Below, in pieces: positions 11,497-23,354 of a stretch of 64,000 nucleotides of DNA. The DNA is taken from the NCBI GenBank assembly GCA_944323735.1, contig CALUTO010000006.1:8000-71999 (forward strand), given 5' to 3'. This stretch comes from Candidatus Gastranaerophilales bacterium (GTDB lineage: Bacteria > Cyanobacteriota > Vampirovibrionia > Gastranaerophilales > Gastranaerophilaceae). The translations under genes were made by a program, and so were the position numbers. The notes under the pieces were generated by a model. That model was not told where the DNA came from. It did not search any database and was given only the letters and a program-made list of their open reading frames with translations. Position 1 is the stretch's first letter; the number at the start of each line of letters is the position of its first letter.

Positions 11497-12797
11497 AACA
11501 AATCGTATCTCGGGCAGCGGCTTTGCATTTCGCAATAATCTTCAACGCCGACGGTATTTGCTGCCTGTGCAAGCTGCTGTAACCCCATAGATACAAGGTC
11601 AGGCTCTTTGTAAATAAGACGTTCCGACCCTTCTACGATGTCTCTGCCGTATGACGGTCCCATTATTCTGATTACTGTTTCAGTCGGTGCTCCTTCAAGT
11701 GCAACATGGTCTTGAATATAATAGCTGTCCCATTTGGGAGGAAGATTGTTTATATTCGTGTATCCCTTTTTTGTATCAAGACGCTTACCCAGCTGTTCTT
11801 TTAAAAGTGCTCTTGTGTAATCCTTCTGAGAGCAGATACTTGCTGTTACAATGACTTTATCTCCGATAACCTCCTGTGCATCACGCTTTTCGTGTTTTTC
11901 AAATAGTTTAGCTGCTGCCTGCAGGTGTTCCAGTTCAAAAAGAAGAAATCTTTCCCATATTTTTCTTACGCTTTCGTCTTTTTCATCTTCCATACAGGAA
12001 TAATATGCGCAGACCTCTGTGAATTCTTGTAACAGCAGCTTTTCGTATAAACTTTCCTTTGAATCAATCAACGAGCCGTACATAGTAACGTGTTCTTCTT
12101 CCACATCGCATATTTCTGCATATGTTTCTCTGAGCACACCGTTGCCGTAGTACATGCCATGTTCTGAATAGAAGTTCTGCGTTTGATGCTCAAGTGCTAA
12201 AATTGTGCGAATATTTACTTTTGTTTGAATAGCTGTTTTTTTTCTGTCGTATGGCTTTCTGATTCTCATTGAATTTACATTATGCTGCTGCTGTGTCGGG
12301 CGGCCCACAACAATATCTGTCTGGCACTGCGTAATGTCTGACGGCTTTACATTATGCATTATATAAGCCCACTGACTGTATCTGTAAAGATGATCAAAAT
12401 CCTCAAGAAGGCAAAAATCAAAAGCCTGCTTTACATAAGAATCAGGTTCGTTTTGTGCAATTCCCGCTGTCAGATCAACGGCAGTTTGTTCATATGCAAG
12501 AGTTGTCTCAAGTACTGACTGGTCTGACGGAGTGAGCCAGTTTACTGTTGTTTGCTGCATATCTTCAATTCTTCTTATGTCAGCTATAAGCTTTTTTGCT
12601 TCAGTGTCTTTGCAAAATTGTGAAAACATATGCTTAAAGTTCCGTGCTCCGGTTTCAATGCTGTTTAAAAGCAGCTGGCGAGCTCTTGTATAGCAGTTCG
12701 TCATTGTTTTGTTCAAAGGTTTTCCTGCTATTTCATGCCAGGTTCTTATCTGGTCTTCAAGCTTCATTCCCTTTTCTTTAAGCGGATTAAATGACAT
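11493..12797 (-). CDS. ferritin-like / di-iron carboxylate superfamily protein (hypothetical)
   Basis: 434 aa. Three helix pairs each carry an E followed by (D/E)xxH: YEQTAVDL/LEDFDHLY, ALEHQ/DVEEEHVTMY, LLQEFTE/LFELEHLQ. No specific family recognised. Confidence 0.5.
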   Translation of the reverse strand: MSFNPLKEKGMKLEDQIRTWHEIAGKPLNKTMTNCYTRARQLLLNSIETGARNFKHMFSQFCKDTEAKKLIADIRRIEDMQQTTVNWLTPSDQSVLETTLAYEQTAVDLTAGIAQNEPDSYVKQAFDFCLLEDFDHLYRYSQWAYIMHNVKPSDITQCQTDIVVGRPTQQQHNVNSMRIRKPYDRKKTAIQTKVNIRTILALEHQTQNFYSEHGMYYGNGVLRETYAEICDVEEEHVTMYGSLIDSKESLYEKLLLQEFTEVCAYYSCMEDEKDESVRKIWERFLLFELEHLQAAAKLFEKHEKRDAQEVIGDKVIVTASICSQKDYTRALLKEQLGKRLDTKKGYTNINNLPPKWDSYYIQDHVALEGAPTETVIRIMGPSYGRDIVEGSERLIYKEPDLVSMGLQQLAQAANTVGVEDYCEMQSRCPRYDLF

Positions 12798-13008
12798 GTT
12801 CTCATCCTTTCATCAATTTTTTAAAAGAAACTCTTATGTCTGACGTCTGTTTTTTTAAAAAATCGGACACATCAGACATGTAATTACACATAAGTTTAAT
12901 ACAAAATTACTATAATGCGCAATAAATAAAGATAAAACAGATTTTATTTGTAAAACAGGTATTGTGTAAAAAAATTACGGCAACAGCCTACTAGCACAAA
13001 CCTTATGT

Positions 13009-13350
13009 GTGAGTTATTATAATTATATGTATTACGATTACTCTCAAGATGAAGATAAAGATTTAAAAAGTGTCGGACTTGAACTGATGTTTATGACACC
13101 GGAAAAATGCAGCCATGATGACGGTGTTTCTGCCGTAGAACTTTCAAAATCACTGGGGTTGCCGCTTGAGATTGTCAAAAAGAAACTGAAAATTCTGCTT
13201 GATAAAAATATAGTGAGGGTAAGGGGTATAAATCCGAAGCTCTGGAAATTTGATGAATACAATTTTCAGCGTATGGACGAAGATGATGAAGTTTTCAGAC
13301 TGTTGTGCAGCTTTGATGATGTTGATTTTGACAGGTATTTTTCGTATTAA
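13009..13350 (+). CDS. hypothetical small acidic protein, possible winged-helix segment
   Basis: 113-aa ORF with GTG start. VSAVELSKSLGLPLEIVKKKLKILLDKNIVRVRG reads like an HTH/wHTH. No clear SD. Confidence 0.45.
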   Translation: MSYYNYMYYDYSQDEDKDLKSVGLELMFMTPEKCSHDDGVSAVELSKSLGLPLEIVKKKLKILLDKNIVRVRGINPKLWKFDEYNFQRMDEDDEVFRLLCSFDDVDFDRYFSY

Positions 13351-13481
13351 ATTGACATAGCAGTTTTACTTATAATAATAATTTGCGCCAATACAAATTT
13401 GTGTGCTAAAATATTTTGCAGTAAAAAACTAAAAGACCGCTTTATATTTGTTCAGGCGGCACAAAAGACAGGAGTTTAAAC

Positions 13482-14513
13482 ATGAGCAACGAATTTAAAG
13501 TTTACATGGACAAAGACATCGACAAAAGCAAAATTTTAGATAAAAAAATTGCCGTAATCGGTTTTGGTTCACAGGGATACGGCCAGTCGACAAATCTTAA
13601 AGATTCAGGCTGTGATGTAGTTGTAGGATTGAGACCGAACGGTGCTTCCGCAAAAAAAGCAGAAGCAATGGGTTTGAAAGTTATGTCCATTGAAGATGCC
13701 GTTGAGTGGGCTGATGTAATTCAAATTCTTATCCCGGACGAAGTGCAGGCTAAAGTATATGAAGAACAAATCAAGCCTCATCTCAGAAAAGGCCAGTACC
13801 TTATGTTTGCACACGGATTCAATATTCATTTCAAAAAAATCGTTCCGCCTGCTGATGTAAATGTTCTTATGGTCGCACCAAAAGGCCCGGGACATACTGT
13901 CAGAAGCGAATATGAAGCAGGCAAGGGTGTGCCGTCATTGATTGCTGTATATCAGGATCCTTCAGGCGACTCAAAAGAAGTTGCACTTGCTTATGCTTCA
14001 GCGATTGGCGCAGGCAGAGCCGGAATTTATGAAACAAACTTTAAAGAAGAAACAGAAACTGACCTCTTTGGTGAACAGTGCGTGTTGTGCGGAGGTTTGA
14101 CAGCACTGCTGAAAGCCGGATTTGAAACACTTGTAGAAGCGGGATATTCGCCGTACATGGCATACTTTGAATGTCTGCACGAAATGAAACTCATTGTTGA
14201 CCTTGTAAATCAGGGCGGTATTTCAGATATGAGATATTCTATTTCAAATACTGCTGAATGGGGTGATATGACGATAGGCCCGAGAATTATTACTCCTGCT
14301 GTAAAAGATGAAATGAAAAAAGTGCTCTCGGAAATCCAGAGCGGAAAATTTGCAAAAGAATGGCTTGATGAATATAATTCCGGCATGAAAAAATTCAGAG
14401 AACTTGAAAAAGAAGGTGAAGAACACCAGATAGAAAAAGTCGGAAAAGAACTGCGTTCGAAGTTTACATGGGTTGATGACAGCAATAAAATCATCAACAG
14501 AGCTAAAAACTAG
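13482..14513 (+). CDS. ilvC: ketol-acid reductoisomerase
   Basis: 343 aa. [25 protein letters not shown] fold, [19 protein letters not shown]. Class I length. Confidence 0.97.
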   Translation: MSNEFKVYMDKDIDKSKILDKKIAVIGFGSQGYGQSTNLKDSGCDVVVGLRPNGASAKKAEAMGLKVMSIEDAVEWADVIQILIPDEVQAKVYEEQIKPHLRKGQYLMFAHGFNIHFKKIVPPADVNVLMVAPKGPGHTVRSEYEAGKGVPSLIAVYQDPSGDSKEVALAYASAIGAGRAGIYETNFKEETETDLFGEQCVLCGGLTALLKAGFETLVEAGYSPYMAYFECLHEMKLIVDLVNQGGISDMRYSISNTAEWGDMTIGPRIITPAVKDEMKKVLSEIQSGKFAKEWLDEYNSGMKKFRELEKEGEEHQIEKVGKELRSKFTWVDDSNKIINRAKN

Positions 14514-14542
14514 CCATAAGCAAACAATTCATGATAGAATAA

Positions 14543-14578
14543 GAGCCGGTATTATCGTACCGGCTTTTATTCTGTTTT
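14543..14578 (+). terminator. intrinsic terminator after ilvC
   Basis: AGCCGGT-attatcgt-ACCGGCT followed by TTTATTCTGTTTT. Confidence 0.7.
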
Positions 14579-14591
14579 GTAAAGGTTTAAT

Positions 14592-16160
14592 ATGAAAAAA
14601 ATTGAAATCTATGATACTACATTAAGAGACGGTGCTCAGTCAGAGGGCATTAATTTTTCAGTGTCTGACAAAATAAAAATTATAAAACTGCTTGACAATC
14701 TCGGTATTGATTATATTGAAGCCGGGTGGCCGGGCGCAAATCCGGTTGATGAAGAGGTTTTTAAAGAAATAAAAAAACTTTCGCTCTCTCATTCAAAAAT
14801 TTCGGCTTTTGGATGTACAAAAAAGCCGTTAATTAAAGCATCTGATGACAGAGTTTTGAACATGCTGCTTTCTTCGGAAGCAGAGGTAATAACTGTTTTT
14901 GGCAAAACATGGGATTTTCATGTAACGGAAGCTCTTTCAACCACTCTTGAAGAAAATCTGAATATGATAAAAGAAAGTATTGAATATCTGAAAAGTAACG
15001 GCAGGCGGGTATTTTTTGATGCAGAACATTTTTTTGACGGATACAGGCACAATCAGGAATATGCTCTGAAAGCCGTAAAAACTGCATATGAAGCAGGTGC
15101 GGAGAGAGTTGTTCTGTGTGATACAAACGGTGGATGTATAAATACTGAAATTTATAAGGTTACAAAAGCCGTCAAAGAATGTATACCGGAGATAGTTTTA
15201 GGTATACATGCCCACAATGACGGAGATATGGCTGTAGCAAACTCTATTGCAGCAACAGATGCAGGTGCTGTTCAGGTTCAGGGGACAATAAACGGCTACG
15301 GCGAGAGATGCGGAAATGCAAATCTGTGCTCTGTTATTCCTAACTTGCAGTTGAAAAAAAGTTTTGATGTAATCGGTGAAAATCTGTCAAAGCTGGTTTA
15401 CATCGCAAATTCTATTGCAGAAATCGCTAATGTGTCTGCACCTTCAAATCTGCCTTTTGTCGGAAGAAGTGCTTTTGCACACAAGGCAGGTGTGCATGCA
15501 AGCGGTGTTGCCAAAAATTCAGAGACGTACGAGCATATAAAACCGGAGCTTGTGGGTAATTCAAGAAAAATACTCATCAGCGATCAGGCGGGTGCTTCGT
15601 CTATCCGTGAAAAAATTGAACACCTACGTTTTGTGAACAGTGTCGGGGAAGAGAATATACCCCGAATCATTGAGAGAATAAAAAATCTGGAATGGAAAGG
15701 GTTTGCATTCGAGGGGGCAGAGGCTTCCTTTGAGCTACTTGTTATGGACATACTCGGAACAAAAAAAGAATTTTTTGAGCTGCTCGGATATAGAATAATT
15801 GGTGATACAATTGCAGGAATTTCTAATGTAAATACAGAGGCCTCGGTAAAACTCAAGGTAAAAAATGAAATTATTCATACAGTTTCAGAGGGAGACGGGC
15901 CTGTTAATGCACTCGATATGGCATTTAGGAAGGCATTGAAGGATGTTTTTCCGCAGATTCATTTCTACAAACTTAATGATTTCAAAGTACGTATTCTTGA
16001 TAGTGCTGATGGTACTGCTGCTCAGGTCAGAGTCAATATTGAAACAACAGACGGCTTTAATAAATGGGATACTGTTGGCGTCAGCCAGAACATTATAGAA
16101 GCTTCATATATGGCGATTGTTGACAGTATTGTATACGGGCTTATCCTGCATAATGCATAA
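14592..16160 (+). CDS. cimA: citramalate synthase / 2-isopropylmalate synthase family (citramalate-synthase-like length and N-terminus)
   Basis: 522 aa. IYDTTLRDGAQSEG, HAHNDGDMAVANS, C-terminal LeuA-dimer-type domain. I cannot separate CimA from LeuA by eye. Confidence 0.75.
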   Translation: MKKIEIYDTTLRDGAQSEGINFSVSDKIKIIKLLDNLGIDYIEAGWPGANPVDEEVFKEIKKLSLSHSKISAFGCTKKPLIKASDDRVLNMLLSSEAEVITVFGKTWDFHVTEALSTTLEENLNMIKESIEYLKSNGRRVFFDAEHFFDGYRHNQEYALKAVKTAYEAGAERVVLCDTNGGCINTEIYKVTKAVKECIPEIVLGIHAHNDGDMAVANSIAATDAGAVQVQGTINGYGERCGNANLCSVIPNLQLKKSFDVIGENLSKLVYIANSIAEIANVSAPSNLPFVGRSAFAHKAGVHASGVAKNSETYEHIKPELVGNSRKILISDQAGASSIREKIEHLRFVNSVGEENIPRIIERIKNLEWKGFAFEGAEASFELLVMDILGTKKEFFELLGYRIIGDTIAGISNVNTEASVKLKVKNEIIHTVSEGDGPVNALDMAFRKALKDVFPQIHFYKLNDFKVRILDSADGTAAQVRVNIETTDGFNKWDTVGVSQNIIEASYMAIVDSIVYGLILHNA

Positions 16161-16321
16161 CGTAGAAAATTTTAACAAAACATTGCCGAAGAAAATATTT
16201 TCATCTCTTTACATCTTTACAAAGACTGTATTTAGCTGATACAATATTTAGACTTTAATGTGAGTTATTTACAAAATTCAACATTTTTATATTTTTAGTC
16301 AAAAAAAATATGTGACTTGTT

Positions 16322-18199
16322 TTGTTGTATTTAACTCAGGAAGGTGTAATTTTGGACTTAAACAAGATAAAAAAAACAGAAAACAGTGAAAGTCAAAGTG
16401 TGACGGGAAAACTATCAAATCCTATCATTCCGGACGGACTTGTGTCCAGAATTAACAGCCTTAATAACAGAACTACCGCAAACAGGCTTTATGCCGGATA
16501 CGGACACAGTAACTGGATGCAGACTGCGAGTGTTGACTATGCGGAGGTCATAAAATTTTTTAATGAAGTAGTGAAGGATAAAGATACACAAAATGAGCTT
16601 TTTTACTCATTGCATAATATTTGTGTAAACCGTTTAAATGCTATGTTTACTGCTCTCGGGGTTTACAATGAGCGTTCAAGTTATATAAATCTGAAAATAA
16701 TTGACAAAATCGGCTCAACATTCACCTCCAGAATATTGATAAACGGGCATGGCTCGCCTATTGAAAAGGCATTTAAGTCGAGGCAGATACTTTTTAATGA
16801 AAATAATGAGTTTTTAAATATTCATTATCTGACCGAATCTCCGGTTGGAATCATACCTCTGTGTGTTATGGATAAATGCAGCGGAGTTATGCTTGTCGGG
16901 GACACTAATTTTGAATCCAATGCTGAAATTTATAAACTAATGGCTAACTATCTTGCTCTGTTTGTTCAAAACAAAGAGCTTTCAACAAAAGTTATACTGA
17001 ACACCCATACTGACGCTCTGACAAATTTGAACAATCACAGAAAATTTCAGGAAATTCTTGCACAGGAGCTTGATAAAGCAAACAGAACAGATACAAAAAC
17101 CTCAATAGTTATTTTTGATATCAACAATATTTCTCAGATAAACAAGGATTTCGGCCCTGCAAAAGGCGATGAAATAATAAAAATAGTTGCGGACAAAATC
17201 AATCAGAATATAAGAAATAACGACACTGCTGCAAGATACGGCGGAGATGAAATTGCAATCATTCTGCCTGAAACAGATTCATCTGATGCAAAATATCTTG
17301 CCGAGTATTTGACTTATGCGCTTTCATGCTGCCTTGTTGATGATGTAGGGCCGATAAAGGTGTCTGTTGGAATTGCTACATATCCTGATGCGACAAAGGA
17401 TCAGGAAAAGCTGCTTATTCTGGCAGAGCAGGCTATGTATATTTCAAAAAGCAAGGGGTACAAGAACGGAATGTCCACTATCGTATCGTCTGATGATTTT
17501 GATTTCTGGGATGATATGGCTCTCAGTTCTTTTGCTTCAATTATCGCTAAAAGGCATTCACAAATAGGCATAAACTTTGATGAGGAACTTGTGAATAAAT
17601 TTCATAGTGAAGAAATTATTTCACAAAACCATCTTATTGAGGTTGTCACCTCGCTTGCTTCTGCAATTGATGCAAAAGATGAATATACAAAAGGTCATTC
17701 AACTTCTGTTTCAAGATACTCTGAAGCACTTGCACGTGCGCTGAATCTTCCCGAAAAAGATGTTGAGCGTATAAAATTGGGTGCACTGCTGCATGATATC
17801 GGGAAAATCGGCATACCTGAAAATGTTTTGAGAAAACCTTCAAAACTGACTGACGATGAATGGGAAATTATGAAACAACATCCGGTTATAGGTGCAGAAA
17901 AAATTTTACGACCCAATGAATCGCTTCATGACCTTATTCCTATGGTCAAGTATCATCATGAGCACTGGGACGGTACAGGATATCCTGAAAAATTAAAAGG
18001 AGAGGAAATTCCGCTTACTGCAAGGATTGTTTCAGTTGCTGATGCGTATCACGCACTTATAAGCGACAGGCCTTACAGAAAGGGTTTGTCAGTTGAAAAA
18101 GCCTGTGAAATTCTGAAACTCGGTGCAGGCATTCACTGGGATGAAAGACTTGTCAGAGCGTTTATTAGCATTGCACCGTCTTTGGCGACGAAGATATAA
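16322..18199 (+). CDS. GGDEF diguanylate cyclase - HD-GYP phosphodiesterase hybrid signalling protein
   Basis: 625-aa maximal ORF. The likely true start is TTG ~16352, preceded by AGGAAGGTG. GGDEF wording RYGGDEIAIILPET. HD-GYP wording HSTSVSRY, LHDIGKIGIP, HHEHWDGTGYP. Confidence 0.88.
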   Translation: MLYLTQEGVILDLNKIKKTENSESQSVTGKLSNPIIPDGLVSRINSLNNRTTANRLYAGYGHSNWMQTASVDYAEVIKFFNEVVKDKDTQNELFYSLHNICVNRLNAMFTALGVYNERSSYINLKIIDKIGSTFTSRILINGHGSPIEKAFKSRQILFNENNEFLNIHYLTESPVGIIPLCVMDKCSGVMLVGDTNFESNAEIYKLMANYLALFVQNKELSTKVILNTHTDALTNLNNHRKFQEILAQELDKANRTDTKTSIVIFDINNISQINKDFGPAKGDEIIKIVADKINQNIRNNDTAARYGGDEIAIILPETDSSDAKYLAEYLTYALSCCLVDDVGPIKVSVGIATYPDATKDQEKLLILAEQAMYISKSKGYKNGMSTIVSSDDFDFWDDMALSSFASIIAKRHSQIGINFDEELVNKFHSEEIISQNHLIEVVTSLASAIDAKDEYTKGHSTSVSRYSEALARALNLPEKDVERIKLGALLHDIGKIGIPENVLRKPSKLTDDEWEIMKQHPVIGAEKILRPNESLHDLIPMVKYHHEHWDGTGYPEKLKGEEIPLTARIVSVADAYHALISDRPYRKGLSVEKACEILKLGAGIHWDERLVRAFISIAPSLATKI

Positions 18200-18350
18200 T
18201 TTTAATTAATAAAGTTATATTTTAATTAAATGAGTCAAGAAAATATTAATAAATTCTGGCTTTATCTACTTAAATTACCGCATCTGACAAACATTTTCAG
18301 AAGCGCAAGAAATCTGTCGCAAATCCAAAAAATTTAATAAAACATATAAC

Positions 18351-18382
18351 AAAAAAGGACTTTGTTGAAAAAGTCCTTTTTT
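18351..18382. terminator. bidirectional intrinsic terminator between convergent genes
   Basis: AAAAAA-GGACTTT-gttgaa-AAAGTCC-TTTTTT; A-tract and T-tract flank the stem. Confidence 0.8.
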
Positions 18383-18398
18383 ATAATTAATTTTTTAT

Positions 18399-19151
18399 CT
18401 AGTTTATTCTCTGAAACATATATCCGATACCTCTGGCCGTAAGTATGAGCTCAGGATTTGCCGGATCTGTTTCTAGTTTTGAGCGTAATCTTGAAATGTG
18501 TACGTCAACAACTCTTGTATCAATCCTGTGATCCGGCGGATATGCCCACACATACTGGAGAATTTCGTTTCTGGAGTATGCCTGACCTGAATTGTTAACA
18601 AGCAGTTCAAGAAGACTGAACTCCATACCTGTCAGTCTGATGCGTTCGTTCTTTCTGAACACCTGTCGTCTGGCTGTATCGATTTTAATGTTTCCTGTTG
18701 TAATAACGTTCTTTGTGACTTTACCGGTTGCAGGAGCTATTTCTCTGTTTGTTGCACGTCTTAAAACTGATTTAACACGTGCTTCGAGTTCTTTCGGGCT
18801 GAACGGTTTGACTACATAATCGTCTGCACCGAGCTCCAGACCCGTGATTCTTTCAGATACATCTCCGAGTGCGGTCAGAATAATAATCGGAACATCGGAT
18901 GTCCTTCTTATTTCACGACAGACACCGTAGCCGTCCATCTTCGGCATCATTACATCCAGTACTACTAAATCAGGATTTTCTTTGTTAAATACAGCAACAG
19001 CCTCTTCGCCGTCTGCAGCCGTAACAATATCATAACCTATCATACCCAGACGGGTTTCAAGAATTCTGCGAATACTCGCTTCATCATCCGCAATAAGGAT
19101 TTTTTGTTTTGTTTCGCTTTGTTCATTAATGGGTTCACTGTTTGGACACAT
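18399..19151 (-). CDS. OmpR/PhoB-family response regulator (RpaB/Ycf27-like)
   Basis: 250 aa. Receiver wording ILIADDE, DLVVLDVMMPKMDG, LGADDYVVKPF. Winged-helix output domain ending RGIGYMF. Confidence 0.88.
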   Translation of the reverse strand: MCPNSEPINEQSETKQKILIADDEASIRRILETRLGMIGYDIVTAADGEEAVAVFNKENPDLVVLDVMMPKMDGYGVCREIRRTSDVPIIILTALGDVSERITGLELGADDYVVKPFSPKELEARVKSVLRRATNREIAPATGKVTKNVITTGNIKIDTARRQVFRKNERIRLTGMEFSLLELLVNNSGQAYSRNEILQYVWAYPPDHRIDTRVVDVHISRLRSKLETDPANPELILTARGIGYMFQRIN

Positions 19152-19345
19152 GCTTAAAAACCTATCTTTCTATAATATCCACTACTTCTAATTTAGACTA
19201 AGACTTATTTGCATAAACTTATTAAAACTTAAAAATATTACAAATTATTTACTTTCTTTAAATTATATTACAATAAATTTAAAATTGCAATAGATTTTTG
19301 GTAGTGCTATAAAGGTATTATGGAATATTAAATGAGGAAGTAAAA

Positions 19346-21295
19346 ATGTCTAAAATTCAGGTAAGTTTACCCGACAATTCAAAAATCGAAATAGAAAACG
19401 GCTTTAGTGCGCTGGATTTGGCGAATCAAATCAGCAGCGGTCTTGCAAAAAATGCTGTTGCAGCTAAAATTAACGGTGAATTGAAGGATATACGAACTAC
19501 CCTGACGGATGGTGATAGTATACAAATACTGACCTCGAAAGACCCTGAGACGCTTTACGTGCTCCGCCATTCGACCTCGCATATTATGGCGCAGGCTGTA
19601 ATTGCACTTTTCCCGCAGGCAAAACTTGCGATAGGGCCTGCTATTGAAAATGGTTTTTATTATGATTTTGACCTTGACGGTCACACATTTGTTGAAGATG
19701 ATTTAAGAAAAATTGAAGAAAAAATGGAAGAAATAGTAAAACAAAACCTCCATTTTGAAAAATATGTTATTCCCGATGTTGATGCACAAATTTCTGAATT
19801 TAAATCACAGGGTGAAATATACAAGGCAGAATTATTAGAAGAGCATAAACATCATAACCCTACACTTTATCTGACAAAAGATAAAGACGGAAATTCTCTG
19901 TTTAACGACCTTTGCGCTGGCCCGCATTTGCAGAATACATCATTTATTAAAGCTTTTAAGCTTTTAAAAGTCGCAGGTGCATACTGGCGTGGAAATGCAA
20001 AAAATAAAATGCTCCAGAGAATTTATGCAACTGCCTTCTGGACAAAAGACGATTTGAAGGCATATTTAACAATGCTTGAAGAAGCTGAAAAACGTGATCA
20101 CCGAAAACTCGGTACCCAGCTTGATTTGTTCTCTACCCGTGATGAACTCGGCGCAGGACTTGTTCTGTGGCATCCGAATCTTGCTGTTGTCAGAGAAGAA
20201 ATAGAAAACTACTGGAGAGAGGAGCACAGAAAAAGAGGATACGTTATTGTAAACACTCCTCATATCGCAAAATCAAAACTCTGGGAAATTTCAGGCCATG
20301 CTGACCACTATAGAGAAAATATGTTTTTTATTCAGAAAGAAGAGGACAGTGACGAACAGTTTATTCTAAAACCGATGAATTGCCCGTTTCATATACTGAT
20401 TTATCAGGCAAACAGACATTCTTACCGTTCATTGCCGTTGAGAATGGCTGAACTCGGTACGGTATACAGAAAAGAACATTCCGGTGCTCTGGGCGGTTTG
20501 ACCCGTGTTCAGGGCTTTACTCAGGACGATGCACATATCTTCTGCACACCGGAACAGCTCGTTGATGAAATAAACGAAATTATTGACTTTGTTGCCGATA
20601 CAATGGCTATTTTTAATATGCAGTTTGAAGTTGAGCTTTCTACCAGACCGGAAAGCTATATCGGCGAAATAGAAAACTGGAACAAAGCTGAAGCCGGACT
20701 CAAAGAGGCAATGGAGCGCAGAGGCATGAAATATGAAATAAATGAAGGCGACGGTGCTTTTTACGGGCCTAAAATTGATTTCAAAGTTAAGGATGCGATA
20801 GGCAGAACATGGCAGTGTGCTACAATTCAGCTTGACTTTAACCTGCCTGCCAGATTTGATTTAAAATATCAGGACAAAGACGGTCAGTTAAAAACTCCGC
20901 TTATGCTTCACAGGGTTGTATTCGGCTCTATGGAAAGATTCCACGGAATTTTAATTGAGCACTATGCAGGTGCTTTCCCGCTCTGGCTTGCTCCGACACA
21001 GGTAGCTATTGTTCCGATTTCAAACGACAAACATCTTGATTTTGCGGAAAAAGTCTACAAAAAACTCAGAGCTGCAGGCATAAGAGTAAATCTTGATGAC
21101 CGTTCCGAAAGTATGAACTACAAAATCAGAGAAGCTCTGCAGAATAAAAAAGTTCCCTATGTAGCAGTTGTTGGAGACAAGGAAATCGAATCTGATTCTG
21201 TTGCAATTCGAAAAAGAGGAAAAGGTCCGATAGGTACACTGAAAGTTGACGAATTTGTATCGGCACTGCATGAGGAAATAAAAGATAAAGCATAA
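19346..21295 (+). CDS. thrS: threonine--tRNA ligase
   Basis: 649 aa. TGS domain, editing HxxxH (RHSTSHIMAQA), class II core (DHRKLG, MNCPFH, YRKEHSGALGGLTRVQGFTQDDAHIF), anticodon-binding C-terminus. Confidence 0.97.
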   Translation: MSKIQVSLPDNSKIEIENGFSALDLANQISSGLAKNAVAAKINGELKDIRTTLTDGDSIQILTSKDPETLYVLRHSTSHIMAQAVIALFPQAKLAIGPAIENGFYYDFDLDGHTFVEDDLRKIEEKMEEIVKQNLHFEKYVIPDVDAQISEFKSQGEIYKAELLEEHKHHNPTLYLTKDKDGNSLFNDLCAGPHLQNTSFIKAFKLLKVAGAYWRGNAKNKMLQRIYATAFWTKDDLKAYLTMLEEAEKRDHRKLGTQLDLFSTRDELGAGLVLWHPNLAVVREEIENYWREEHRKRGYVIVNTPHIAKSKLWEISGHADHYRENMFFIQKEEDSDEQFILKPMNCPFHILIYQANRHSYRSLPLRMAELGTVYRKEHSGALGGLTRVQGFTQDDAHIFCTPEQLVDEINEIIDFVADTMAIFNMQFEVELSTRPESYIGEIENWNKAEAGLKEAMERRGMKYEINEGDGAFYGPKIDFKVKDAIGRTWQCATIQLDFNLPARFDLKYQDKDGQLKTPLMLHRVVFGSMERFHGILIEHYAGAFPLWLAPTQVAIVPISNDKHLDFAEKVYKKLRAAGIRVNLDDRSESMNYKIREALQNKKVPYVAVVGDKEIESDSVAIRKRGKGPIGTLKVDEFVSALHEEIKDKA

Positions 21296-21462
21296 AAGAA
21301 AACCCTTCCGTATTATAAAAAAGCAGGAAGGGTGAGCACTAAGTACAAGCAATCAGAAGAGTTGAGGATTTACCATGCTAATATAGTATATGTCCCAACT
21401 CTTTTCATTGTGCTGAATAGCAATATTTTAAAAATTTTATTGCACAAAAGTATTATTAATTT

Positions 21463-21496
21463 TGTGAAAAAACAGCGCACCCTTTCAGGTGCGCTG
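21463..21496 (-). terminator. intrinsic terminator after gdhA
   Basis: Minus strand: CAGCGCACC-tgaaag-GGTGCGCTG followed by TTTTTTCAC. Confidence 0.8.
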
Positions 21497-21518
21497 CAGG
21501 TATTCCTTGCGTTGTTTA

Positions 21519-22886
<1,368 letters not shown>

Positions 22887-23261
22887 TTATTGTCTGTTTT
22901 CAATAATTTCTATTTCATTGCCGTCAGGGTCTTTTAGAAATGCAATTCTTGTGTCAATCTCTTTCAGATAAAACGGTTCCCACAAATATTCATAGCCTGT
23001 TTCTTTCACTTTTTTGCTGAATTCATCGAGGTTTTCGCACTCAAATGCAAAATGTCCGAATGCCGCACCGTTTTCATAGCCGTTTTCGGGAATTTCAAAG
23101 TTTTCTGTGAGTTCGATTTCTGTGTTTCCGTCTGTGAGGTAGTGCAGTTTTGAATCTTCGAGCTCTATTGTGCGTGTGGGGACAAGACCCAGCAGTTTTT
23201 CATAAAAATCGAGAGATTTATTCAAGTCTTTTACTCTAATCATTGCATGTAAAAATTTCAT
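22887..23261 (-). CDS. gloA: lactoylglutathione lyase (glyoxalase I, VOC family)
   Basis: 124 aa. MKFLHAMIRVKDLNKSLDFYEKLLG start, GHFAF, DPDGNEIEI; typical small GloA. Confidence 0.8.
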   Translation of the reverse strand: MKFLHAMIRVKDLNKSLDFYEKLLGLVPTRTIELEDSKLHYLTDGNTEIELTENFEIPENGYENGAAFGHFAFECENLDEFSKKVKETGYEYLWEPFYLKEIDTRIAFLKDPDGNEIEIIENRQ

Positions 23262-23354
23262 AAATTTTAACCTTTTATATACTCCAGTGATTTAATCATA
23301 CCATATCATTGTAATTTTTGTTTTAACTGATATATTTTTTAAAGGGAGTTATTT

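Noticed and set aside
16208-16221. TTTACAtcTTTACA direct repeat upstream of the GGDEF/HD-GYP gene as an RpaB (HLR1) site
   Set aside because: The repeat period is 8 nt, not the ~10-11 nt expected for OmpR-family tandem sites. It is a single occurrence in AT-rich DNA.
19152-19345. T-box leader or other riboswitch upstream of thrS
   Set aside because: The spacer is only ~190 nt, is extremely AT-rich, and has no T-box core (AGGGTGGNACCGCG-like) or specifier-hairpin architecture. An ATTACAAATTATTTACTT direct repeat (19237-19254) vaguely resembles RpaB HLR1 sites, but in such AT-rich DNA it is not distinguishable from chance.
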